Positions 20,760 through 30,905 of a DNA stretch of 64,000 nt are shown piece after piece. Under the pieces are notes generated by a model. The model was not told the DNA's origin and did no database searches. It was given only the letters and a program-made list of their open reading frames with translations. The DNA lies in the NCBI GenBank assembly GCA_963708295.1, contig CAVPSJ010000013.1, positions 160,001 to 224,000 of the forward strand, written 5' to 3'. Both the position numbers and the translations under genes were made by a program. This DNA comes from an uncultured delta proteobacterium (lineage in GTDB: Bacteria; Desulfobacterota; BSN033; UBA1163). Each line of letters opens with the position of its first letter. Position 1 is the stretch's first letter.

Positions 20760-22522
20760 ATGGCGGAACAAAATAAAACGACCAGGGAAATCCTACAGGC
20801 GAAGCTGGCAGGGAGAAAGCGGACCCCTCTGTATGATCGTGGCACTCTTGAAAAATTGCGCCAGGGGTTTCAAAAGTGGAAGAATAGCGTCGTCCGCGAA
20901 GAAGATCAACGGAATTGGCATGCCACCCCTCACACCCTTTTAGGTTCCGAGATCCCCAGAGAAATGCTCTACACACCACTCAGCAATCCGGATTTTGATT
21001 ATACGGAGGATTTAGGCCATTCAGGTGAGGAACCCTTTACCCGGGGTGTCCATGCCAACATGTACCGGGGCAAAGACTTCACCATGCGGCAGCTGACGGG
21101 TTTTGGGGGACCCGAGGAAACAAACCAGAGAATCAAATTCATGCTCGCTCACGGGGGACAGGGGCCAATGTTCTTTTCGACCTTCCCACCATTCAAATGT
21201 ATGACTCTGACGATCCGCTGTCCAAAGGCCAGGTCGGCATGTCCGGGGTAGCCATTGATTCAGTGGAGGATATGGATCTGGTGTTTAAAGACATTCCTCT
21301 CGACAAGATCACAGTTTCATTGGTGACCCATTACCCGTCGAACACGGCGATCTTATTTCCCATGTACCTGGCCCTGGCGGAGCGAAGAGGCATCCCCTGG
21401 GATAAACTGCGCGGCAGTGTTCAGAATGACATCACCCTGGAGGAAGTGGTCCGCAGCGGACCGGAATACATCCCGCCTGTAGATTGCTTCAGAATCCAAT
21501 GTGACAACATCGAGTTTATCAGGCAGAACGTGCCTCTTTGGAATTTCGTCACTTATAACGGTTACAATCTGCGGGAGTTTGGAACGTCAGGCGTCACCGA
21601 GATGGCAGTGGCTTTGGCGAATGCTATCTCGACCATAGAAGAGATGCTCCGAAGAGGGCACGATGTGGATTGGATCGCTGAGAGATTAGCATTTTTTTGG
21701 TCTCCAGCAAGCGATTTCTTTGAAGAGGTGGCGAGATTAAGGGCGGTCAGAAGACTCTGGTATAAAATAATGAAATATCGATTTGAGGCAAAGAGCCAGA
21801 GATCGATGTGGATGCGATGTCATGTGCAGACCTCCGGTGTTTCGTTGATGCGGGAAGAACCGTTAAACAACGTCATCCGGGCCGCTTACCAGGCCCTGTC
21901 TGCTGTCTTTGGGGGGGTCCAATCGTTACACGTGGATTCTTATGACGAGGCCTACTCCGTCCCCACCGAGGAAGCCGCATTGCTATCGTTACGAACACAA
22001 CAGATTATTCAGGCGGAGACCGGGATTACGGATGTGGTAGACCCCCTGGGAGGCTCCTTCTATGTCGAAGCCCTGACGAACGAGATCGAATCGAAAATTC
22101 TCGATGAGGTAGATGAGATCGAGAAGGTGGGGGGTTATGTGACGGCGATAGACAGGGGCTGGATACACAAGAAGATTGCCGATTATTTCTACAATGAAAG
22201 AAGCATGGTGGAGAAGGGGCATGATCAAATTGGTTGGCTATAATATCTATCAATCCCCCGGTCGGGCTTCCTCCCATTCATGTCTTCGAATATCCCGAGG
22301 GTGTGGAGGAAAGGCAGAAGGCGAGATTAGCAAGATTGAGAGAGCAGAGAGATAACGAGAAAGTCAGCAGCGCTCTGGCGGCGCTTGAAGACGCCTGCAA
22401 GAGGGGAATGAACGTGGTTCCTTATACCGTTCAGTGCGCGCGGGTCGGTTGCTCGGAAGGAGAGATGTTCAAAGTATTCAAGAAGGCTTTTGGACCTGTG
22501 GAAGCCGCCTGTATTCTGGTGA
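20760..22522 (+). CDS. B12-dependent acyl-CoA mutase, large (substrate-binding) subunit; split by about four 1-nt indels
   Basis: PFTRGVHANMYRG, MRQLTGFG, FDLPT..YDSD, QNDI, HVQTSG, QSLHVDSYDEA, VDPLGGS; indels near 21155, 22218, 22258 and 22495 restore a single ORF. Confidence 0.88.
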
Positions 22523-22829
22523 CGATGCACTCTCTGCCCTGAGCCCTCTCCCCTTGGAGGCTGTGTCGCAATGGAACACCCGAGGGGAGAGGCAATCAGG
22601 TTCCAAAGCTTTAGAACGCGGGTCGTTTAGGTATGGGAAAGTATCGATTGTTCAAAATCGAGTGTCTTCATAGGGTTGGCAACCCTGAATCCAAACGATT
22701 AAAGGTTGCCGCTCTAAATCTTTTCCACCCGACCGCCTCTCCCCTTTTCCTAAAAGCCATATTCTCATTTTGCGACAGAGCTTCTTGAGGGGGAGGGAAG
22801 GGCGGGGGCTGATGAGGTATTGAGACGCG

Positions 22830-23243
22830 ATGGCTGGACAGATCAAGGTTTTATTGTCGAAGCTTGGTTTGGATGTGCATAATCGGGGAGTGATCACCGT
22901 GGCTAGGGAATTGAGAGACGCGGGGATGGAGGTTATTTACATTGGCAATTCGCTCCCGAAGGAGATCGTTCGTACGGCGATTCAAGAAGGTGTTGATGTG
23001 ATCGGTGTTAGCTCTCTCGGAGGTGCCCATTTGACGCTGGGGGGCGAGTTGATGGAGGAAGCTAAGAAAGAAAAGCTCGAAGGTTCTATGGCATTCGTGA
23101 TCGGAGGAGTTTTTTCGACGCCGGATGCCGAGAAACTGCGAGAAATCGGTTTTGACGGCACATTCGTGCCCGGAGCAACCCGGGAGGAAATCGTATCATC
23201 GATACGGAAATTTGTTTCTAGCAAGACCGGCAAAACACTGTGA
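22830..23243 (+). CDS. Cobalamin-binding small subunit of the acyl-CoA mutase
   Basis: KLGLDVHNRG (DxHxxG), GVSSLGGAH, IGG. Confidence 0.92.
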   Translation: MAGQIKVLLSKLGLDVHNRGVITVARELRDAGMEVIYIGNSLPKEIVRTAIQEGVDVIGVSSLGGAHLTLGGELMEEAKKEKLEGSMAFVIGGVFSTPDAEKLREIGFDGTFVPGATREEIVSSIRKFVSSKTGKTL

Positions 23244-23467
23244 AAGTCTTTGTAAATCCCTCCGGCCTCTCTTTACGAAAGGGAGGAGTGCTCGAAAACG
23301 AAGCTTTCTAAGCTAAAGCGTAAGGTAAGAGATGCTGGTCGTAACCCCCCATTCCCCCCTTAAGCTAAGGAGGAGCAAGGGGGGTTATGTTTCACGTTGT
23401 CAGGTGAAGCGGGGTTCGTAACCGTGGCCTTACCAGACACTAAGGGAGAAGGAGGTCCTCTTTGGTA

Positions 23468-24868
23468 ATGAAAAAATGGCCGCCCCAGTATGATTGTTCT
23501 TATAAGCCTTCCCCGAAATCCAAATTCTGGTTTAAGGATTTGGAAACCATGGACCCCGAAGAAAGGGAGCAGAAAGTCATCCTGCCGAAGCTTCGGGCAC
23601 AGCTCAAGTATGCCTACCAGAAATCCGGTCTTTACAAGAAAAAATGGGATCGCGCAGGAATAAAACCGGAAGACGTTCGATCTCTCGCTGATTTTGAACA
23701 GATTCCCTTTTTGACCAAGGAGGAGATTCGACAGGATCAGAGAGAGCATCCTCCCTTTGGCAGCAATTTATGCACTTCTCTGAAGGATCTGGCGAGGGTC
23801 CAGGGGACGTCGGGAACGACGGGCAAACCGACCGCTTTCGGGATCAGTAAAGGAGACATGGAGCGCATCGCCGAAGCTCATGCCCGGACGATGTGGGGTT
23901 TTGGCATGCGGCAAGAGGATGTTGTCTTCATCGGCTCCTTTTTCAGCCTCTACTGGGGAAGCTGGGGAGCGTTGGCGGGGGCCGAACGTCTGGGCGCTGT
24001 TGCCTTTCCTTTTGGCGCCGGGGTTCCGGGCCAGACGGATCGAGCGATCGAATGGATGAAGGAGGTGAAGCCCACCGTCTTTTATGGAACGCCTTCCTTC
24101 AGCCTCTATCTGGCCGAAAGGGCGAAAGAGAGAGGAGTGGACCCTGCGAAAGATTTCAATTTCCGCATTCTTTTCTTCTCGGGAGAACCGGGGGCGGGTG
24201 TTCCATCTACCAAGAAAAGAATCGAGGAAACCTATGGCGGAATTTGTATCGATGCGGGTTCGACTGCCGAAATGACCCCCTGGATGGCTAATTGTGAATG
24301 CGAAAACCGGAAGGGGATGCACCTATGGCAGGATATTGTTTACGCCGAACTGATAGACCCGGTTACGAAGAAAAGGGTGCCTTACGGCAAAGAAGGGGTT
24401 ACGGTTTACACCCACCTGGAGCGGTCGTCGCAGCCGATGATCCGTTTCTGGGCGGGAGATATATCTCAGTGGGTGGATGATCCGTGCCCCTGCGGGCGAA
24501 CCTATCCGCGCCTCCCCAGAGGGATCTACGGAAGGGCAGATGATATGTTTGTCGTGAGAGGGGAAAATGTTTATCCGAGCGCGATCGAAGATGTGATCAG
24601 AAGCATCGAAGGATTCGGGGATGAGTATCGGATCGTGATTACCAGGGAAAAGACGATGGACGAGCTGATTGTCCAGGCGGAGTATGCGAAGGGAGTGGAT
24701 TCCAGGACCATCCCTGAATTAAAGAAGAAACTCGAAGCAGAGCTAAAGGCACGCGGTCTCCGGGCAGTGGTTCAGATGGTGGAACCGGATCGATTGGAGA
24801 GGACGGAATTCAAGGCCAAAAGAGTGATCGACAAAAGAAGCCTGTATGATGAAATAACGAAGCAGTAA
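23468..24868 (+). CDS. Phenylacetate-CoA ligase (PaaK) family acyl-CoA ligase
   Basis: GTSGTTGKP, FSGEPG, GRADDM..VRGENVYPS, FKAKRVID. Confidence 0.9.
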   Translation: MKKWPPQYDCSYKPSPKSKFWFKDLETMDPEEREQKVILPKLRAQLKYAYQKSGLYKKKWDRAGIKPEDVRSLADFEQIPFLTKEEIRQDQREHPPFGSNLCTSLKDLARVQGTSGTTGKPTAFGISKGDMERIAEAHARTMWGFGMRQEDVVFIGSFFSLYWGSWGALAGAERLGAVAFPFGAGVPGQTDRAIEWMKEVKPTVFYGTPSFSLYLAERAKERGVDPAKDFNFRILFFSGEPGAGVPSTKKRIEETYGGICIDAGSTAEMTPWMANCECENRKGMHLWQDIVYAELIDPVTKKRVPYGKEGVTVYTHLERSSQPMIRFWAGDISQWVDDPCPCGRTYPRLPRGIYGRADDMFVVRGENVYPSAIEDVIRSIEGFGDEYRIVITREKTMDELIVQAEYAKGVDSRTIPELKKKLEAELKARGLRAVVQMVEPDRLERTEFKAKRVIDKRSLYDEITKQ

Positions 24869-24917
24869 ACCCTGTCTCTCTCCTCGGGGGGAGAGAAGAG
24901 GCGAGGGAAGATTTGGC

Positions 24918-24975
24918 TTGACAAAAACATTCCGATTACATAGTATAACGCTTCGTTAGTGGATGGTCAGACCAT
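24918..24975 (+). promoter_or_regulatory. Sigma70 promoter and perfect FadR-type operator for TRAP operon 2
   Basis: TTGACA 24918-24923, 17 nt, TAGTAT 24941-24946; palindrome ATGGTCAGACCAT at 24963-24975. Confidence 0.7.
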
Positions 24976-25110
24976 TTTTGAGTTCTTTCACAGGAGAAAA
25001 ACTTTTTAGAGGGGGCCAAATTTAATGAAATCTCATGGCGGAAGGAGGTGGGCACTCTAACAGATGAAAGGGCATTTTTTCCCTTAACTCTTTTACAAAA
25101 GGAGGATGGC

Positions 25111-26265
25111 ATGAGTAAGAAAATCAAGGAAGACAAGACAAGTGAGGAGAAAGTTTCTCGACGTAGGTTCCTGAAGACGGCGGCAGCCACAGCCGGTGTG
25201 ACCGCAGCGACAGTCGGGGTCCCGAGCTTTTTACGTCTTGCGTCCGCTGCACCCATCAAAATTAAGATGCAGACGGCATGGGACGCAGGTACCGTGGGCT
25301 TTACCGAATTTCAGAAATTCTGCAAGCTCGTGGGAGATATGTCCGAAGGTCAGCTGACCGTTGAAGGATTTCCTGCTGGGGCAATCGTAGGCACGTTCGA
25401 AATGTTTGATGCGGTGAAGTCTGGAGTATTTGATGCTTATCACAGCTTTGACGTTTACTGGGTGGGAAAACAGCCTGCATGCACGTTCCTTTCTTCCTAT
25501 CCGTTCTCAATGGACCGACCGGACCAGTGGGAGACGTGGTTCAGGGAACTGGGTGGAATGGAAGTGGCAAGAGAGGCCTATGGTCAGCACAACATGTATT
25601 ACCTTGGCCCCATCCAGCACGATGACAATCTGATTCATTCCAAGGTGCCAATTCGCTCGTTTGAGGATTTCAAGGGGAAAAAGATCCGTTACCCTGGAGG
25701 GATCATTGCTGATATCTACCGGGCGGCAGGGGTCTCAACGGTTCTGCTTCCAGGTGGTGAAGTGTATCCAGCCCTCGAGAAAGGGGTCATCGATGCTTCG
25801 GACTTCGTGGGTGCAGCAGTCAATTACAATCTTGGGTTTGGCGAAATTGCTAAATATATCATTATGGGGCCTCCTTCCACCCCGTGCCTCCACCAACCCG
25901 TTGATTTGATGAGCGTGGAAGTGAATATGAATACATGGAAGAAGATCCCGAAACATCTGCAACTGATGCTGGAAGCAGCTGTGGCGATGCACTCCTATAT
26001 GCAGTACTCTGCTTTCCAGAAAGCCGATCTCAAGGCCTTTGACGATTTCCAGAAGAAGCAGGGGGTCACTGTGATCCGGCTCAAAGACTCCGATATTGAA
26101 AAGTTCAAAAAGTTTGCGCCACCTCTCTGGGCAACATGGGCGAAGAAAAATCCTCTTGCCTTGAAGGCCTTCAAATCTCAATGGGAGTTTTTAAAATCTG
26201 TGAAGGTTGGCTATTATACAGAGGCGGATATGGTTGATGCGCAGGGGAAGAAAATCACCCTCTAA
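25111..26265 (+). CDS. dctP: TRAP solute-binding protein with Tat signal
   Basis: SRRRFLK, MQTAW, KIRYPGG, YPALEKGVID; RBS aggagg before the ATG at 25111. Confidence 0.9.
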   Translation: MSKKIKEDKTSEEKVSRRRFLKTAAATAGVTAATVGVPSFLRLASAAPIKIKMQTAWDAGTVGFTEFQKFCKLVGDMSEGQLTVEGFPAGAIVGTFEMFDAVKSGVFDAYHSFDVYWVGKQPACTFLSSYPFSMDRPDQWETWFRELGGMEVAREAYGQHNMYYLGPIQHDDNLIHSKVPIRSFEDFKGKKIRYPGGIIADIYRAAGVSTVLLPGGEVYPALEKGVIDASDFVGAAVNYNLGFGEIAKYIIMGPPSTPCLHQPVDLMSVEVNMNTWKKIPKHLQLMLEAAVAMHSYMQYSAFQKADLKAFDDFQKKQGVTVIRLKDSDIEKFKKFAPPLWATWAKKNPLALKAFKSQWEFLKSVKVGYYTEADMVDAQGKKITL

Positions 26266-26477
26266 AGACTATCGGGGAGAGGAAGATGAGATTCATTTTA
26301 AATCCCTCTCCCCATTTTATGTGTAATTGCCCATGGCCATTAGGCCATTGACAAACCATGAGAATCATTCGCCCCATGTTACCCCCCTTTAGCAAAGGGG
26401 GGTGAGGGGGGATTTGAAAGTTATTTTCCAACTAAAGAATCGGATTATAGGGCTAAGAATTATCTGAGGAGAAGGGT

Positions 26478-27026
26478 ATGAATGGGTTGAATAAATTTAT
26501 GATGGCTGTGAACAAAACCAATATCTTTGTCGGGAAATTGATGGTTGGAGTGACCCTTTTTGCTGTCTTTGTGATCACCTTTGAGGTGGTGTTACGCTAT
26601 CTGTTTAACCGGCCGACAAACTGGGGGCATGAGACCATGATCCTCATGTTTGCAATTTTCTACTGCGCTGCCGCCGGTTATGCCCACTACTATCGCGCAC
26701 ATGTGCGAGTGGATGTTATTTACTCCACCCGCTCTCCGAGAACAAGAGCCTACATGGATTTGATCACCTCTGTGTTTTTCTTTCTCTTCGCGATTGTATT
26801 CATTTACACGAGCTGGAACTTTTACTGGAGTTCCCAGACGATGGATGCCGGGGCTAAGATATTCGGTGTTGGTATTCCTGGAGAGCTCTCCTTCACAGAC
26901 TGGGCGCCCCCCTATTACCCCGTTAAATTTATGATGCCCCTTGGAGGTTTTCTATTGTTCCTTCAGGGCATTGTCTGGCTCATCCGCGATATCCACATGG
27001 CTACGACCGGGAGGGAAATGAAATGA
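26478..27026 (+). CDS. dctQ: TRAP small permease DctQ
   Basis: EVVLRYLFNRPT.W, HVRVD, four TM segments. Confidence 0.9.
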   Translation: MNGLNKFMMAVNKTNIFVGKLMVGVTLFAVFVITFEVVLRYLFNRPTNWGHETMILMFAIFYCAAAGYAHYYRAHVRVDVIYSTRSPRTRAYMDLITSVFFFLFAIVFIYTSWNFYWSSQTMDAGAKIFGVGIPGELSFTDWAPPYYPVKFMMPLGGFLLFLQGIVWLIRDIHMATTGREMK

Positions 27027-28348
27027 ATGTTGAGATGGGTATTGAGCTGATCACCATTCTGATGTTTGGATCCATGCTGGTGCTTATGATGCTTGGGCTA
27101 CCCGTGGCCTTCTCCTGCGGGACGGTGGGCATCGTTTTCACTGCAATTCTGCAAGGACCTTCTGCCATAAATATTGTCCCAACGCGAATTTTCGGCCTCA
27201 TGGTAAACTATCTCCTGGACGCGATCCCCCTCTTCATCTTCATGGCCTGCATCCTCGAACGCGGCGGATTGATCGGAGATATCTACGAGATGGTCCATCA
27301 GTGGCTGGGATGGCTTAAAGGCGGGGTGGCCACGGCCTCTGTCGCGGCCTGTACCATGATGGCCGCCATGGTAGGCGTCATCGGAGCGAGCGAAGTGACC
27401 ATGGGGGTTATCGCCTTCCCGGAAATGCTAAGAAGAAGATACGACAAATACATGGCCGCCGGTTCCATCCTTGCGGGCGGAACCCTCGGAATCCTCATCC
27501 CGCCGAGTGCCATGCTCATCGTATACGGTATGGTCGATAACGTTTCAATCGGCCAGCTCTACGGAGGGGCCTTTTTGCCAGGTTTTCTCCTTGCCGCCCT
27601 GTATATCGCCTATATCTCCATACGATGTTATATCAACCCAAGGATGGGACCCCCGATTCCCAAGGAGGAGCGCCTGTCTTTCTCCGGAAAGATGAAGGTC
27701 TCCATGCCAATTATCCCCGTGGCCATCCTGATCTTTCTTGTTCTTGGCACCATCCTGATCGGCATCGCCGCGCCCACCGAGGCGGCAGGTGTGGGGTGCG
27801 CCGGGGCTTTCGTCATCCTCGCCTTCCAGCGCAGACTGAAGTGGAAAGGGGTGGTCCAGGCATGCGAGAATACCTTGAAGTCCTCGGCCATGGTCCTCTG
27901 GACCATGTTCGGGGCTAACGTCTTCGTCGCTCTTTACGTCATGGTGGGCGGCGGGAAGTTCGTCACGGACTTGCTTCTTGGAGTTGGGGACCGATGGATC
28001 ATCATGTGGATCATGCAGTTCATCCTGATCTTTCTCGGTTGTTTTATCGATTGGGTGGGTATTATCATGCTCACCGTCCCGATTTTTGGCCCTATTGTCC
28101 GCCAATTGGGGTTCGATCCGGTCTGGTTCGGAGTGCTGTACGCTGTTAACCTGCAGATGTCCTTCTTGTCGCCGCCTTTTGGGTATGCTCTTTTCTATCT
28201 CAAGGGGGTGGCTCCGCCTGAGATTTCAACAACAGATGTCTGGAGGGGAGCAGCCCCATTTCTCGCGCTCCAGTTCGTCGGGTTGGTTCTCTGCATGATC
28301 TTTCCGGATATCATCCTGATCGTTCCAAAATTGTTTTACAGAGGGTAA
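27023..28348 (+). CDS. dctM: TRAP large permease DctM
   Basis: GGTLGILIPPS, PTEAAGVG, NLQMSFLSPPFG. Confidence 0.93.
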   Translation: MNVEMGIELITILMFGSMLVLMMLGLPVAFSCGTVGIVFTAILQGPSAINIVPTRIFGLMVNYLLDAIPLFIFMACILERGGLIGDIYEMVHQWLGWLKGGVATASVAACTMMAAMVGVIGASEVTMGVIAFPEMLRRRYDKYMAAGSILAGGTLGILIPPSAMLIVYGMVDNVSIGQLYGGAFLPGFLLAALYIAYISIRCYINPRMGPPIPKEERLSFSGKMKVSMPIIPVAILIFLVLGTILIGIAAPTEAAGVGCAGAFVILAFQRRLKWKGVVQACENTLKSSAMVLWTMFGANVFVALYVMVGGGKFVTDLLLGVGDRWIIMWIMQFILIFLGCFIDWVGIIMLTVPIFGPIVRQLGFDPVWFGVLYAVNLQMSFLSPPFGYALFYLKGVAPPEISTTDVWRGAAPFLALQFVGLVLCMIFPDIILIVPKLFYRG

Positions 28349-28375
28349 TATTTGGAAATTGGGTTCATATCGCTG

Positions 28376-28407
28376 GAAACGCCCCTTTCAAAGGGGCGTT
28401 TCTGTTT
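28376..28407 (+). terminator. Intrinsic terminator
   Basis: gaaacgcccctt-tc-aaaggggcgtttc hairpin followed by tgttt, after dctM. Confidence 0.75.
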
Positions 28408-28552
28408 ATAATCCTTCTCTCCCTGACAAGGAAGCTGTGTCATAATGGAAGAACTGCCAGGTTTGTCATGCTGAACTCGTTTCAGCATCTAATAACTCCT
28501 TCCTTATCTCAAGGGAGGTGGGGAGGGATTTGAGAAAGCTATTCGCTAGGCA

Positions 28553-29008
28553 ATGATAAAGAATTCTCCTGATCCGACCAAAACCTACATCTACCGGGCA
28601 CCCTTGATTTATGCGGGTCTTTTCTATTTAATCCTGCTCGCATGGACAGTCTTCTGCGTCTCTATCATGGGAGCAAAGGGATGGGTCAATTGGCTTCAAC
28701 TCTTTATGGTTGCTTTTATCTTCGTCATGACCTGGTACTTTTCTCTGGGGATTTCTTACAAGGTGGAAATAAACGATGAAGGAAAATTAGAGTTGACGAG
28801 CTTCAGGAGGGTCATCAGGATCCATTCGACAAAGATGGCCATGGTGGAGGGCCCTTACCTACCTCTCGGATTCGTCCGCTTCCGGCTGGAACGGGAAAAG
28901 GCTTATCTCTTCGGCGTCCCGAGAAACAAGGACCTAAAACAGGTCCTATCAATCATCCTCAAAACAAATCCGGACATTAAATTCAAGAATCTTCACTTGA
29001 CCCCTTGA
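28553..29008 (+). CDS. Hypothetical membrane protein (two TM segments plus a soluble domain)
   Basis: 151-aa ORF with two hydrophobic helices. Confidence 0.65.
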   Translation: MIKNSPDPTKTYIYRAPLIYAGLFYLILLAWTVFCVSIMGAKGWVNWLQLFMVAFIFVMTWYFSLGISYKVEINDEGKLELTSFRRVIRIHSTKMAMVEGPYLPLGFVRFRLEREKAYLFGVPRNKDLKQVLSIILKTNPDIKFKNLHLTP

Positions 29009-29041
29009 TCCCTTGCTCCCTGGAACCCTTCCATCATTAGG

Positions 29042-29869
29042 TTAGGCATGGCGGTCAGCTGGAGCAATCATGATCCGGTTGTCAACAGAACCCGCTCCCT
29101 TCATCTTCTGAACGATCTCTTGCGCCCGTTTTTTGGTCACATCGCCGTCTACTCTTCCGGTCAGAAGGACCTTTCCCGGTTCTTCCACTTGAACCTGAAT
29201 GTAGGTGCCGGCAGGCCCGTAGGTCAGTCCCGCTTCGATAAGAGCCGCCTCTGCCCGGGTCTGAAGGCCCATCATCTCCAATGACTTCATCGCATCGACG
29301 GAACAGGCGTTGATTTCATTGGACCGAGCCATTGTCAAAATGGCATCCACAGCTAATTTCACGGTAACCTTGTCCATATTAAGCACGATGTCATAAAGCT
29401 CGTCGTTCTCCCAATCTGCCTTGAAAGCAAATCGGATGAAACTGCTCCTTTCATGATCACTTGCCTCTATTGCCTTCGAAGCGGCCTCCCGATGCATCCC
29501 CCTCTCAATCAAATTTTGAATACGCTTTTCGGGCGAAGCCGTGACTCGGACATGCAGAGCGCAGTTGAAATCCCTCAAGAGGATTTGGCCCCCTCGGCCC
29601 AAAAAAACGGCATCTCCACGGCCGGCCAATTCGTAAACCACAGAATTGAGACGATCAAGCTCAATGGCGGGTTTATGGGAAAAAAGCCGCTGGAATAGGG
29701 AGGGAGCCTTTTCATCTATATCTTTGACATTTTTCAGAAAACCCATTTCCCGCGCCGTATTCTCAATGGCCTCCGTGTCGTAGAATCTGTACCCCATTTT
29801 TTCCGCAACCTGTTTCGCGACCGCGGTTCCGTTGGCCCCCATTTTTCTTGAGAACGTAATAAAGTGCAT
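29042..29869 (-). CDS. Cytidylate kinase-like family protein with C-terminal BON domain
   Basis: ITFSRKMGANG, FLGRGGQ, LHVRVTA, YDIVLN; C-terminal VLLTGRV...GSVDNRI. Confidence 0.85.
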   Translation of the reverse strand: MHFITFSRKMGANGTAVAKQVAEKMGYRFYDTEAIENTAREMGFLKNVKDIDEKAPSLFQRLFSHKPAIELDRLNSVVYELAGRGDAVFLGRGGQILLRDFNCALHVRVTASPEKRIQNLIERGMHREAASKAIEASDHERSSFIRFAFKADWENDELYDIVLNMDKVTVKLAVDAILTMARSNEINACSVDAMKSLEMMGLQTRAEAALIEAGLTYGPAGTYIQVQVEEPGKVLLTGRVDGDVTKKRAQEIVQKMKGAGSVDNRIMIAPADRHA

Positions 29870-30041
29870 GTTGAGTCTCCTTTGCAGACTTTTTTTGACC
29901 TCACTCAATCTTATTCAGGGGCGAACAGGGCTGTCAAGTCAAAAAAACAGGTCTTCCCAAATTAAAGACAACTATCCCCCGGAGTCAGAGACCGTCAAAC
30001 CTTGTAAGTCTTCACCACAAGCGGCGTTTCCTGAATCACAG

Positions 30042-30206
30042 TTACTTAATTAGAACGCTTATAACAACATAAATGATAAAACCTAATATTATAATCAACA
30101 TGAAGCCTCCGTACATCAAAAACCTACCGAAGGCGTTGAGCCATTTCCTTTTTTTTCTTTTAACCTTAGTGTCACTTGTCTTTTGATCGTTTTTCGTTTC
30201 TTCCAT
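30042..30206 (-). CDS. Small single-TM protein downstream of the tandem riboswitch-like element
   Basis: RBS aggag; MEETKND...KRKKRKW followed by a hydrophobic C-terminus; 54 aa. Confidence 0.65.
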   Translation of the reverse strand: MEETKNDQKTSDTKVKRKKRKWLNAFGRFLMYGGFMLIIILGFIIYVVISVLIK

Positions 30207-30393
30207 TTGTCTCTCCTTTCCGCCATGTTTGCAATTTGTATTTACCGGGTTTTTTCGCCGTTTCGAAACCAGGATCAAACACAGTGACCTGCCAATAATT
30301 CACCTCCCTTCAAATAAGATTGGTGTGTCGGCACGCTTAACTCGCTGCAGTCGCCTCCAAAGAATTCCTGGCATCTCTTTCGTCCTTTCTCTA

Positions 30394-30490
30394 CAACAAA
30401 AAGGCCGCTTTCCGAAGTTTTTGGCTTCGGATAGCGGCCCGACTATCCACATTATTAACCTCCAGAGATATCCAAATATCCCTGGACCCG
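30394..30490 (-). ncRNA. Riboswitch-like element copy 2 with intrinsic terminator (nhaA-I / DUF1646-like)
   Basis: Minus strand GGGUCCAGGGAUAU..AUAUCUCUGGAGGUUAA..GGAUAGUCGGGCCGCUAUCC, then terminator GGCCGCUAUCCGAAG / CUUCGGAAAGCGGCC-UUUUU. Confidence 0.65.
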
Positions 30491-30561
30491 GATTCTTCCA
30501 ATTGGACGAAATTAGGTCATAATCTATTCCGTCAAATCATTCTTCCCTCCCTCGCACCTGT

Positions 30562-30609
30562 CCCCTCACCCCGCCCTCTCCCCTCCGGGGGAGAGGGAAG
30601 GGTGAGGGG
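30562..30609. repeat. CCCTCTCCC-type REP-like palindrome (representative copy)
   Basis: cccctcacc..ccctctccc..gggagaggg..ggtgagggg; related copies near 2096, 5158, 15420, 17890, 22540, 23260, 23345, 24871, 26382, 28496, 31426, 32515, 35957, 38387, 39296, 40325 and 43597. Confidence 0.8.
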
Positions 30610-30611
30610 TT

Positions 30612-30709
30612 CAACAAAAAAAGCCGCTGTCCGAAGTTTTTGGCTTCGGATAGCGGCCCGACTATCCAGATTCTTAACCTCCAGAGATATCAAAATATCC
30701 CTGGACCCA
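30612..30709 (-). ncRNA. Riboswitch-like element copy 1 with intrinsic terminator
   Basis: Near-identical direct repeat of 30394-30490; starts about 30 nt after the predicted transcription start. Confidence 0.65.
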
Positions 30710-30744
30710 GACTAAACTGATTTATTCATTACACTTTTGGAACT

Positions 30745-30773
30745 TTTATAATAAATTATCTTCAAGATGTCAA
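30745..30773 (-). promoter_or_regulatory. Sigma70 promoter upstream of the tandem riboswitch-like element
   Basis: Minus strand TTGACA (30773-30768), 17 nt, TATAAA (30750-30745). Confidence 0.6.
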
Positions 30774-30905
30774 GCTTTTTTCCCCCAGCTTTTTTCCCAA
30801 AAACTTCTTGACACCGGGCACCTTTGCTGGTACATTTTGACTGTCGGTGTCCTCTTTTCGTAGGGAAACCGAGCAAGTCACATCAAATCCGAAAGGGAAA
30901 ATGCT

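Noticed and set aside
30394-30709. Direct repeat as a CRISPR array
   Set aside because: Only two 97-nt units with terminator structure, no spacer series and no cas genes. No CRISPR array, tRNA or rRNA was seen in the window.
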